Notes: generated by a model not told the origin, from the sequence alone. Numbered from the stretch's first letter, positions 21,501 through 29,674 are shown. The stretch: 64,000 nucleotides of DNA from an uncultured candidate division Zixibacteria bacterium (GCA_963801605.1 CAWDFP010000006.1:288001-352000); one strand, 5' to 3'. Numbers and translations: made by a program.

Positions 21501-22857
21501 TCATGATTGTACTCAATGCCATACTACAAATGGCTGGACGCCGGCTACATTTGACCATTCAGGAACGCCATTTCCGTTAACCGGGGCACATGTTTCGGTG
21601 CAGTGCATAGCATGCCATGCGAATGGTTATCAGAATACTCCCACAGATTGCTATTCCTGCCATCAAACCGCATATAATGGCGTAACCGATCCCAATCACG
21701 TTCAAAATAATTTCGATCATAATTGCACGATCTGCCACACTACCACAGGTTGGTCACCATCGACCTTTAATCACGCTAATACTCCATTCCCATTAACAGG
21801 AGCACACACATCATTGCAGTGCGTAGCCTGCCACGCTAATGGATATCAAAACACTCCGACAGATTGCTATTCCTGCCATCAAACTGCCTATAACGGAGTG
21901 ACTGATCCTAACCACGTTCAAAACAATTTTGATCATAACTGCACGACCTGTCATACCACTTCAGGCTGGTCACCGGCCACATTCGACCATAGCAATACTA
22001 CTTTCCCCTTAACAGGAGCGCACACATCGTTGCAATGCGTAGCCTGTCATGCCAACGGATATCAAAATATACCAACCGATTGTTATTCCTGCCATCAAAC
22101 TGCCTATAACGGAGTAACTGATCCCAATCACGTTCAAAATAATTTCGATCATAATTGCACGATCTGCCACACCACTACTGGTTGGTCACCGGCCACATTC
22201 GACCATAGCAATACTACTTTCCCCCTAACAGGAGCGCACACTTCTTTACAATGCGTGGCCTGTCATGCCAACGGATATCAAAATATACCAACCGATTGTT
22301 ATTCCTGCCATCAAACTGCCTATAACGGAGTGACTGATCCCAATCACGTGTCTGATAATTTCAGCTATATTTGTACGCAGTGCCATACTACAACAGGTTG
22401 GTCCCCGGCTACGTTTAATCATAATCAGACATCCTTCCCGCTAACGGGCGCGCATGTGAGCCTGCAATGCCTGAGTTGCCACGCCAATGGATTCGACAAC
22501 ACGCCGACCGATTGTTTTGCCTGCCATCAAAGCGATTTTAATGGCGCCACAAATCCAAACCATCAGAGCGCTGGTTTCCCGACTCAATGCGTAATGTGTC
22601 ATAACACCAGCGCCTGGAGCCCATCAACATTTAATCACGACGCCCAATATTTCCCAATCTACTCAGGAAATCACCGGGGACGATGGAGTACCTGCTCGCA
22701 GTGCCATACCAATCCCTCGGATTTTAGCACATTTGAATGTATCCTCTGTCATGAGCATAACCGCACTGACACAGATTCGCACCATCAGGGCGTGCCGGGC
22801 TATCAGTACAACAGCCAGGCCTGCTATAATTGCCACCCCAGAGGAAGCGGCGGATGA
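18586..22857 (+). CDS. Giant 58-heme cytochrome c of tandem triheme repeats
   Basis: ATGA overlap with the upstream stop; signal peptide MKRIAIATVISLALATILLAANA; 58 CxxCH counted by hand in 1423 aa. Confidence 0.93.
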   Translation: MKRIAIATVISLALATILLAANATQNPHGKLQWECYDCHNTTSWTSFKEPMTFQHDKTGFPLVGRHGKVDCGNCHKDLKFSMIGSACADCHPDIHRAQFGTDCENCHTPKNWADNKEIINLHASNGFPLVGVHAIADCDACHIGQQNKEYAGTPVDCKGCHESNFTSSTDPNHNQAGFSSDCQKCHLQVASSWKNTTYQHPAAFALHGGHLTIGCNSCHTQGFTNTSSDCYSCHQAQFNATTNPTHAAFGFPTTCAACHNDVSWQGTQFDHVQASQFALNGAHATALCTSCHINNQLTGLARDCYGCHQRDFSGANNPDHVQGNFPQTCLTCHNENAWSPATFDHSQSRFPLTGAHTALQCQACHANGYQNTPFDCFSCHQTNYNGATNPNHVQNNFDHNCAVCHSTSAWSPSTFNHNNTTFPLTGAHTSIQCVACHSAGYQNTPTDCYSCHQAAFNGVSDPNHVTNNFNHDCTQCHNTSAWTPATFDHANTRFPLTGAHIPLQCIACHANGYQNTPYDCYSCHANDFNNATDPNHIQNNFSHDCTQCHNTSSWSDGFNHSNLGFPLTGAHTSLQCIACHANGYQNTPADCYSCHEAAFNAVTDPNHVQNNFNHDCTLCHSTTSWSPATFDHSSTTFPLTGAHTSVQCIACHANGYQNTPTDCYSCHEAAFIGVSDPNHVTNNFDHNCTICHTTTGWSPATFDHNGTAFPLTGAHISLQCIACHANGYQNTPTDCWSCHQAAYNGATDPNHVQNNFDHNCTICHSTTGWSPSTFNHNNTAFPLTGAHISLQCIACHANGYQNTPTDCWSCHSGDYNRTTDPNHVQNNFSHDCTQCHNTSRWDDGFNHGNLGFPLTGAHSTLQCIACHANGYINTPADCYSCHETAFIGVTDPNHVQNNFNHDCTQCHTTNGWTPATFDHAGTPFPLTGAHVSVQCVACHANGYQNTPTDCYACHQTAYDGVTDPNHVQNNFNHDCTQCHTTNGWTPATFDHSGTPFPLTGAHVSVQCIACHANGYQNTPTDCYSCHQTAYNGVTDPNHVQNNFDHNCTICHTTTGWSPSTFNHANTPFPLTGAHTSLQCVACHANGYQNTPTDCYSCHQTAYNGVTDPNHVQNNFDHNCTTCHTTSGWSPATFDHSNTTFPLTGAHTSLQCVACHANGYQNIPTDCYSCHQTAYNGVTDPNHVQNNFDHNCTICHTTTGWSPATFDHSNTTFPLTGAHTSLQCVACHANGYQNIPTDCYSCHQTAYNGVTDPNHVSDNFSYICTQCHTTTGWSPATFNHNQTSFPLTGAHVSLQCLSCHANGFDNTPTDCFACHQSDFNGATNPNHQSAGFPTQCVMCHNTSAWSPSTFNHDAQYFPIYSGNHRGRWSTCSQCHTNPSDFSTFECILCHEHNRTDTDSHHQGVPGYQYNSQACYNCHPRGSGG
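19597..22614 (+). repeat. 14 in-frame tandem repeats of 216 bp (two of 213 bp), each encoding a triheme module
   Basis: Consensus W(S/T)PATFDHxxTxFPLTGAHxSLQ-CxACH-ANGYQNTPTD-CYSCH-QxAYNGVTDPNHVQNNFDHN-CTxCH; span 3018 bp = 14x216-6. Confidence 0.9.
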
Positions 22858-22881
22858 GACCTGAGATGGTAAATTAATGTT

Positions 22882-23667
22882 ATGAACATATTGTTATTGG
22901 TTTTCCCATTAGTATTGGCTCTTGGCGGAGAGAAAATAGAAACTCCGCACAAGGTTTTAAGGTTTGAGTGTAACGATTGTCATAGTTCCACAACCTGGCG
23001 GGAGGTCAAATTCGATCACGCTAAAACGGACTTTGCCCTTGAAGATCGGCATACGAAAGTAAAATGCGTCCAATGCCATTCGCTTGAGGATTTTCGTGTT
23101 GCGGGAAGTGATTGCGTTTCCTGTCATGATGATATTCATCAGGGCAAACTGGCCCATACTTGTGAACAATGCCACAGCGCCCGCGGGTGGTCCGTCTTCA
23201 ATACGTTGAAGGTTCATGCCAATACATCATTTCCCCTGATTGGCGCCCATGCCAGGCTCGATTGCCGCGCGTGTCATATCAGCGAAATAGAGGGAGAGTA
23301 TTCATTCTTGAAATCGGAGTGCATATTTTGTCATAAAACCGATTTTGAACAAGCTCAAAGTCCACCGCACACGCAGATGGGCCTGGGAACTCGCTGCGAG
23401 GATTGCCACTTTATGGTAAGTTGGCAACCAGCCAATTTTAGCGGACACGACTCGTTCTTTCCGATTTTTTCCGGCAGGCATGCCGGTGTCTGGACAAGCT
23501 GCGAAATTTGCCATGCCAGTTCGCAGGACTATACGATATTTGATTGTTTTAATTGTCACGAGCATTCCAAGGTTCGAATGGATGGTGCACATTCGGATAT
23601 CAGGAATTATGTATATGAAAGCGGCGCATGTTATTCTTGCCATCCTGGTGGCAGCGCTGGAGGATGA
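22882..23667 (+). CDS. Decaheme cytochrome c, short paralog of the 58-heme protein
   Basis: Signal peptide; 10 CxxCH; N- and C-terminal segments align by eye with the ends of the giant cytochrome. Confidence 0.9.
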   Translation: MNILLLVFPLVLALGGEKIETPHKVLRFECNDCHSSTTWREVKFDHAKTDFALEDRHTKVKCVQCHSLEDFRVAGSDCVSCHDDIHQGKLAHTCEQCHSARGWSVFNTLKVHANTSFPLIGAHARLDCRACHISEIEGEYSFLKSECIFCHKTDFEQAQSPPHTQMGLGTRCEDCHFMVSWQPANFSGHDSFFPIFSGRHAGVWTSCEICHASSQDYTIFDCFNCHEHSKVRMDGAHSDIRNYVYESGACYSCHPGGSAGG

Positions 23668-23669
23668 TC

Positions 23670-25271
23670 ATGAAAATATTAGCGATGCTCTTATTGCTAT
23701 TTTCGCCAGCCTATCTTCTGGCTCAAAAGACTACGTGCCATGTCAAGTATGTCTCCGGAGAAAGCATTTATATCGATGCCGGGAACGCTGACAGCCTGGC
23801 TGTAGGAGATACTCTTCGGATTGTGCACGGCGATAGCGTCACGGCAACGCTTGAGATATCTTTTGTAGCCGAAAATTCCTCGTCGTGCAAAATATTGAGT
23901 TCGTCCGGAGAAATCAGGGTAGGCGATTCGATTCAATTATCGCAAAAGCCTGTTATTGCCAAATCGATGCAGCCTGCGATTGATACCACCCAATCAGTTG
24001 CCATTCCCACGCCGGCACCGGCAGTGCCGGAACAAGCCGCAAAACCGAAGCCTGCCAGAGTCGATGGCAGCGTAGCGTTTCAGCTTTTTCGATTTACCGA
24101 TCGCAGCCCGTCCCACCTTAATTTTACCCAGCCGACCATGCGATTTAATTTAAAGGCAAACAAGCTTTTTGGCCAGGATATCACCCTTACTATCCGAACC
24201 GATAGCCGCTATAATATGCGCAGCCGCGCTTATAATATTGATGTACCTAAGAACGAATGGCGAAATCGAATATATCAGTTTTCTCTAGGCTTTGCCGGAG
24301 ACAACGCGCCATATAATTTCGAGGTTGGCCGAATCCTTTCAAATAAGGTCAGCGGAGTAGGGTATATCGATGGCTTTATGGCACAAAAAAGGGTGGGAAA
24401 TGGTTTTCAAATAGGAGGGTTTGGGGGAACTCAACCGGAGTGGCAATATTCCAATTTCCAAACCTCGCTTCAAAAATATGGGATTTTCGTAAGTTATGTA
24501 TCGGGTTCTTATCAGAAAAAACGCTTTGAATCAGCGGTGGCAGCCACTGGCGAATATCACGGTCAGATAGTTAGCCGGGAGTACTTCTTTATGAAAAACA
24601 ACCTCAATATTGGGGGCTCCTGGAACTTCTATCAAAGCAGCGAAATCGACATGAATCGCTCCTGGCGTAAGGCGAGAACTGGCAAGAGCTTATCGATAAC
24701 AAACCTGTTTCTTTCGGCGCGAGGCCGCCTATTTAAAAGGCTATCGGCATCTTTAAGTTATGATAACCGTAAAAATTATTGGACTTACGAGACGAGGTCT
24801 CTGGCCGACAGTCTGTTCGATAGTGTTCTTCGTCAGGGGATACGGACGGATTTATCGCTTCGGGCCGGAAAGGGGTTTTCGATCTTTACTAACTTTGGTT
24901 ACAATAAAAGATCAACCGATACCAGGGCCACTTACTCTTATGGAGGCGGCGTCAATAAGAGTAATTTCTTATCAACCAAGCAATTTTTTAACAGCCAGAT
25001 AACCGGTTTCTCGGGTCCTTTCACCGACGGATACAATCTATCTTTAACCGTTGGCCGATATCTGTGGGCGGGAAATATGCTCTCCCTAGGCTACGGTGCT
25101 TATGCCTATAAATTCAACGCCGCTGGAATCAGCAGACTTAACCAGTGGTTTCAAACCAACACGCAGTTCGATATAACTCATAGCGCCTATTTTTCCGGTA
25201 CATTCGAATACGATACCGGCAAGGATACCAAGGGCGAACGTCTGATTGGTGAATTAGGGTATCGTTTTTAA
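23670..25271 (+). CDS. Putative outer-membrane beta-barrel protein
   Basis: Signal peptide, small N-terminal beta domain, Pro/Ala linker, then ~400 aa of alternating amphipathic strands ending GELGYRF (terminal Phe, BAM-type); GGAGGA RBS. Confidence 0.75.
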   Translation: MKILAMLLLLFSPAYLLAQKTTCHVKYVSGESIYIDAGNADSLAVGDTLRIVHGDSVTATLEISFVAENSSSCKILSSSGEIRVGDSIQLSQKPVIAKSMQPAIDTTQSVAIPTPAPAVPEQAAKPKPARVDGSVAFQLFRFTDRSPSHLNFTQPTMRFNLKANKLFGQDITLTIRTDSRYNMRSRAYNIDVPKNEWRNRIYQFSLGFAGDNAPYNFEVGRILSNKVSGVGYIDGFMAQKRVGNGFQIGGFGGTQPEWQYSNFQTSLQKYGIFVSYVSGSYQKKRFESAVAATGEYHGQIVSREYFFMKNNLNIGGSWNFYQSSEIDMNRSWRKARTGKSLSITNLFLSARGRLFKRLSASLSYDNRKNYWTYETRSLADSLFDSVLRQGIRTDLSLRAGKGFSIFTNFGYNKRSTDTRATYSYGGGVNKSNFLSTKQFFNSQITGFSGPFTDGYNLSLTVGRYLWAGNMLSLGYGAYAYKFNAAGISRLNQWFQTNTQFDITHSAYFSGTFEYDTGKDTKGERLIGELGYRF

Positions 25272-25301
25272 GATCCTGATAAAGATCTGAGTGAGTATAT
25301 A

Positions 25302-26624
25302 ATGGAATCTGCAGCAATTTGGGTTATTACAGCTATTATAATTATAGGGATTATAACGCCCTATTTTGTCAAGTTCCGTAGAAGTCAGAAACACGATTTA
25401 GAGCGTATCAAGGAAGCACAACTCCTCGGATTGGACCGTCCCAGGGGACAATATCCTTTGATCGACATGTCGTTTTGTATCGGATGCGGCTCTTGTGTCA
25501 GAGCGTGCCCGGAGGAGGACGTTCTGGGCATCGTATTTGGGCGGGCGATGGTTGTCAATGGACAACGCTGTGTGGGGCATGGATACTGCGAAGCCGCCTG
25601 CCCGGTTGGGGCGCTGAAAGTGGGATTGGGCGATATTAAAACCCGACCCGATATTCCCATAACCGACGAATATGGTCAGACAAATATACCCGGCATCTAC
25701 ATAGCGGGCGAATTAGGAGGATTATCGCTTATAAGAAACGCGATAGATCAGGGACATAAGGCGATTAACCATATTTTTCAAAGCGGACGGCGCACGAATT
25801 CAAACGATATCTATGATGTTATCATCATTGGCGCCGGTCCAGCGGGGATGAGTGCGTCACTGGCGGCCATAAAGTATAATTTGCGATATGTTACGTTCGA
25901 CCAGCAACAGCCCGGCGGCACGATCCTTCAATACCCCCGTCAAAAATTGGTGATGACTCAACCGGTGGAAATTCCACTTTACGGCAAGCTCGATGCTGAG
26001 GAATATTCCAAGGAAGCGCTTCTTGAAATTTGGCAGGATGCAGTTCAAAAAAACAGCGTTTCCCTTAAATGCGACGAAAAAGTGGAACGGGTAATCACAG
26101 GTGACGGAATTATCGAAATTCAGACCCCAAAAGGAGGTTATCGAGCCGCGAATGTTATCCTGGCAATCGGACGACGCGGTACGCCAAGAAAACTGGGAGT
26201 GCCCGGGGAGGATCTTCCAAAGGTGATGTATCAACTCGTTGATGCTCAGTCGTATCAGAATAAAAATATCCTAATTGTAGGTGGTGGTGACAGTGCGGTT
26301 GAGGCGGCGGTCGGCCTGGCAAGGCAGAAAGGCAACAAGGTCACGATTTCATATCGTCAGGCTAAATTTGCGCGGGTCAAAAAGAAAAACGAGGACCGCA
26401 TTAATGAAATAATAGCGCAAAAAAAAGCCCGTCCAATATTCTTTTCGAATGTTCTCGAGATCAGAGAAAAAACGGCGCTGCTCAGGGTTGGCGACAATGA
26501 GAATCTCGAGATCCCCAACGATTATGTTTTCATATTTGCCGGGGGCGAACCGCCGTTTAAGATGCTAAATGAGATCGGAATAGTATTCGGGGGAGAGGCT
26601 AAGCCGATCCCTCTGGCATCATAA
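25302..26624 (+). CDS. Membrane-anchored 4Fe-4S ferredoxin / FAD-dependent NAD(P)H oxidoreductase (thioredoxin-reductase-like fold)
   Basis: N-terminal TM; CIGCGSCVRACP and CVGHGYCEAACP; TNIPGIYIAGE; IIGAGPAG; GRRG; VGGGDSAVE. Confidence 0.88.
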   Translation: MESAAIWVITAIIIIGIITPYFVKFRRSQKHDLERIKEAQLLGLDRPRGQYPLIDMSFCIGCGSCVRACPEEDVLGIVFGRAMVVNGQRCVGHGYCEAACPVGALKVGLGDIKTRPDIPITDEYGQTNIPGIYIAGELGGLSLIRNAIDQGHKAINHIFQSGRRTNSNDIYDVIIIGAGPAGMSASLAAIKYNLRYVTFDQQQPGGTILQYPRQKLVMTQPVEIPLYGKLDAEEYSKEALLEIWQDAVQKNSVSLKCDEKVERVITGDGIIEIQTPKGGYRAANVILAIGRRGTPRKLGVPGEDLPKVMYQLVDAQSYQNKNILIVGGGDSAVEAAVGLARQKGNKVTISYRQAKFARVKKKNEDRINEIIAQKKARPIFFSNVLEIREKTALLRVGDNENLEIPNDYVFIFAGGEPPFKMLNEIGIVFGGEAKPIPLAS

Positions 26625-26773
26625 GTCTTCAATTATAAATTCCCCATATTTACTATCTTGTTCTGCTTATAAAGCCAAGATCATAGAAAAGACTTGCCAG
26701 CGGCAGTCGAGTAGGATAGAATCCTGCCTATTGGTGTGTCGGGGGGCGATAACGTATTTCCAGAGGTGAATGA

Positions 26774-28096
26774 ATGAGCAATACCTTGAGATTTCAAAGC
26801 ATAGCATTAGTTATTTTAGTAATTATAATCGGATTCGCTTGCCTGTCTGCCGGGGCTATTGAGACAAGCCCCACGACGGTTGCGCCCAAATACAAGATAA
26901 GCTTCACTGAGCGTTTTCGAATCGAAACCTGGGATAATACCACCAGTTTGAATGACACTCTCCACGCCGGAACCAGCTACACCAGAAACAGATCTACCAT
27001 TATGGGGCAGTGGTTTCCCAATGAGAAGGTTGAGTTGGCTTTAAAATTCGCCAACGAGTTTCGTTCCTATTTAGTCCCTGAGAACAGGCAATTTAATATA
27101 GATGAGCTCTTTATCGACCAGCTTTATTTCAAATGGAAAAATATCGCTAACGTTCCGCTGACCGTTACATTTGGCCGTCAAAACATGCAGTTCGGCGAGG
27201 GCTTTGTGATTATGGATGGAGGCCCGCTCGATGGATCACGCAGCGCTTATTTTAACGCCGTTCGCGCCGATTATGAATTTGCCTCCAAAAAGAATATCTC
27301 CGCGTTTTATACAGTCCAGAATCGTCGGGACGATTTGCTTCCCATTATAAATAATAAGAAAAAAGCCTTGAACGAACAAAACGAGCGCTCTGGCGCTATT
27401 TATTTTAACGGAGATTTCGATTCGAGGAATTTTCAGGCTTACTTTATCCGCAAAGATGCTAAAAGCGCAACCTCGCCCCCATACAATACTCACGTTAACA
27501 CCATCGGGGAACGCACCGTTACTCCGGTATATGCGAAATTATCGCTTACCTTTGAAGGCGCTTATCAATTCGGTAAACGTGGTGGAGCCGACCTGTCTGC
27601 TTATGGCGGTTATGCTTACCTTAGTTATCCGTTTTGTTGGCCGCTGCGCTTCCCTGTGAGCATGACGATCGGGACGATATATCTCAGCGGTGATAATCCC
27701 GACACGCACAAGTATGGGGGATGGGACCCTCTCTACGGACGTTGGCCTAAGTGGAGCGATTCCTATATCTACACCTTGCTGAAAGAAAATGGCGTTGCCT
27801 ATTGGACTAATCTCTTTTCGCTCTGGGGGCGAGCGCAAATTGATATCGCAAAGGGCGTTAAATTCTCATTCGATTATCATCATCTGAGAGCTCCGTTTAA
27901 CGACACGACCAGAATGACGTTCCCCGGCGGCAAGGGCAAATATCGAGGTGAATTGGGAATATTCAAATTGACTTATCAGATCAACAAGATGGTCAATGGA
28001 CGGATTATTTGGGAGAATTTTAATCCCGGCTCGTATTACCTTCCCGGCGCTGACAAGGCCAATTGGATGCAAATTGAATTTATGTTGAGTCTATAA
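26774..28096 (+). CDS. Alginate-export (AlgE-like) family outer-membrane porin
   Basis: Signal peptide; ERFRIETW, IDQLYF, GRQNMQFGEG, FNAVR, EGAYQFG, YLSGDNP, DPLYG motifs. Confidence 0.75.
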   Translation: MSNTLRFQSIALVILVIIIGFACLSAGAIETSPTTVAPKYKISFTERFRIETWDNTTSLNDTLHAGTSYTRNRSTIMGQWFPNEKVELALKFANEFRSYLVPENRQFNIDELFIDQLYFKWKNIANVPLTVTFGRQNMQFGEGFVIMDGGPLDGSRSAYFNAVRADYEFASKKNISAFYTVQNRRDDLLPIINNKKKALNEQNERSGAIYFNGDFDSRNFQAYFIRKDAKSATSPPYNTHVNTIGERTVTPVYAKLSLTFEGAYQFGKRGGADLSAYGGYAYLSYPFCWPLRFPVSMTIGTIYLSGDNPDTHKYGGWDPLYGRWPKWSDSYIYTLLKENGVAYWTNLFSLWGRAQIDIAKGVKFSFDYHHLRAPFNDTTRMTFPGGKGKYRGELGIFKLTYQINKMVNGRIIWENFNPGSYYLPGADKANWMQIEFMLSL

Positions 28097-28141
28097 AATA
28101 TTAGAAAATGTGATGTATTGGCGATAGAGTAAGGAGATATT

Positions 28142-29620
28142 ATGGCGCTAAAAATTATCATTCTGGCGGCCTTCGCCCTGATGACTATCACGGTGGGCAT
28201 CATCGCCTCACGCAAAGCCCGCTCGTTTTCCGATTTCTTTTTAGGCGGTAACGATATCGGCCCCTGGATGACGGCTTTCACCTATGGCGCCGCTTATTTT
28301 TCGGCGGTGCTGTTCATCGGTTTTGCAGGCAAGATCGGTTGGGATTTCGGGATGTCAGGTCTCTGGATCGCCCTGGGCAATTCTTTTATCGGAGTTCTTG
28401 GGGTCTGGTGGATATTGGGCCCGCGAATTAAAAAGATGGCCACCGAAACCGGCGCTCAGACCATGGCAGAATATTTCGAGTTGCGATACAACAGCAAAGC
28501 CCTGAATATTTACACCTCGATTTGCATTTTCATTTTCTTTATCCCCTATACGGCGGCGGTATTTATGGGGCTTTCATATTTATTTAAAGCTAATTTCAAT
28601 GTCGAATATACTACGGCATTAATTTTCATGGGAGTTTTCACTGCTATATATCTGGTATTGGGCGGTTATCGTTCAATGACGATGATCGATGTTATCTTTG
28701 GAATAATCATGATTGCCGGAGTGATTACGCTTTTTTTCAGTACCGTAACCCGAGGCGGAGGCATGGCGATGATCTTTTCCGGGTTGGAAGCCATAAATCC
28801 CAAGTTGACATCGACTATCGGTCCGCCGGGAATCTGGCCTCTTTTCAGTCTGGTCTTTTTGACAAGCGTGGCTCCTTTTGCAATGCCGCAGCTTGTGCAG
28901 AAATTTTATGCGATTAAAGATCAACGTTCGATTCGAATCGGTATGGTGGCATCAACTATATTTTCAATCCTGATCGCGGGAGTCGCTTATTTTACCGGCG
29001 CCACCGCCAGGCTTTTTATAAATCCTGAAAATGCACCGGCCGCTTTCAATAATGGCAAGCCGGTGTTCGATGCCCTGGTACCGGAATTTTTAACCAAGGC
29101 GATACCGGAAGGCCTGGCAATCCTGATATTGCTTCTGGTGCTATCGGCCTCGATGTCAACCCTGGCGGCTTTGGTGCTTATTTCAAGCTCTACGGTCTCC
29201 AAAGATGTTTATCACAGATTTATCAATAAAAAGGCGAGCGATAAGAGGCTGACGATTCTGATGAGAGCCTGTAGCGCCTTTTTTGTGCTGCTTTCAGTGA
29301 TAATGGCCTATTTCAAACCGGCAACGATCGTGGCAATTCTGGGAATCTCCTGGGGCTCGATCGGGGCGGCTTTCCTGGGGCCGTTTGTGTGGGGATTACT
29401 CAGTAAACGAACCACCAAGTTTGGCGCATTTTCATCGTCAGTGCTTGGCCTGGCGACATGTTTGATACTATATGTTAAGGGAATTTCTCCGCCCGAGGCC
29501 GGTACAATTGGAATGCTGATATCTCTGGGGGCTTGCCCGATAATAAGCTTGTTCGCATTCGGCAAAGAACCGGTTATCGCTCCCGAGGTGCTTGAAGTAG
29601 AAGCGAAGCAGCGGATATAA
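28142..29620 (+). CDS. Sodium:solute symporter (SSS family)
   Basis: DFFLGG, YFSAVLFIGFAG, TMAEYFELRY, LGGYRS...D, MPQLVQKFYA, SASMST. Confidence 0.9.
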   Translation: MALKIIILAAFALMTITVGIIASRKARSFSDFFLGGNDIGPWMTAFTYGAAYFSAVLFIGFAGKIGWDFGMSGLWIALGNSFIGVLGVWWILGPRIKKMATETGAQTMAEYFELRYNSKALNIYTSICIFIFFIPYTAAVFMGLSYLFKANFNVEYTTALIFMGVFTAIYLVLGGYRSMTMIDVIFGIIMIAGVITLFFSTVTRGGGMAMIFSGLEAINPKLTSTIGPPGIWPLFSLVFLTSVAPFAMPQLVQKFYAIKDQRSIRIGMVASTIFSILIAGVAYFTGATARLFINPENAPAAFNNGKPVFDALVPEFLTKAIPEGLAILILLLVLSASMSTLAALVLISSSTVSKDVYHRFINKKASDKRLTILMRACSAFFVLLSVIMAYFKPATIVAILGISWGSIGAAFLGPFVWGLLSKRTTKFGAFSSSVLGLATCLILYVKGISPPEAGTIGMLISLGACPIISLFAFGKEPVIAPEVLEVEAKQRI

Positions 29621-29644
29621 ATATAGCTAAATTAAAATCAATTG

Positions 29645-29674
29645 CCGGGGATTATTATACTCCCCGGTTTTTTT
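29645..29674 (+). terminator. Intrinsic terminator
   Basis: CCGGGGA...TCCCCGG stem followed by TTTTTTT. Confidence 0.7.

Noticed and set aside
19597..22614. Regular DNA repeats as a CRISPR array or mobile repeat
   Set aside because: Period is 216 bp, in frame, with synonymous variation and no unique spacers; these are coding repeats
22882..25271. Calling the decaheme and barrel mtrA/mtrB
   Set aside because: Heme spacing follows the local FxH/FPLxGxH repeat family rather than MtrA/DmsE, and the barrel is shorter than MtrB; analogy only
26774..28096. Alginate biosynthesis/export locus
   Set aside because: No glycosyltransferase or alg genes nearby; the context is solute uptake
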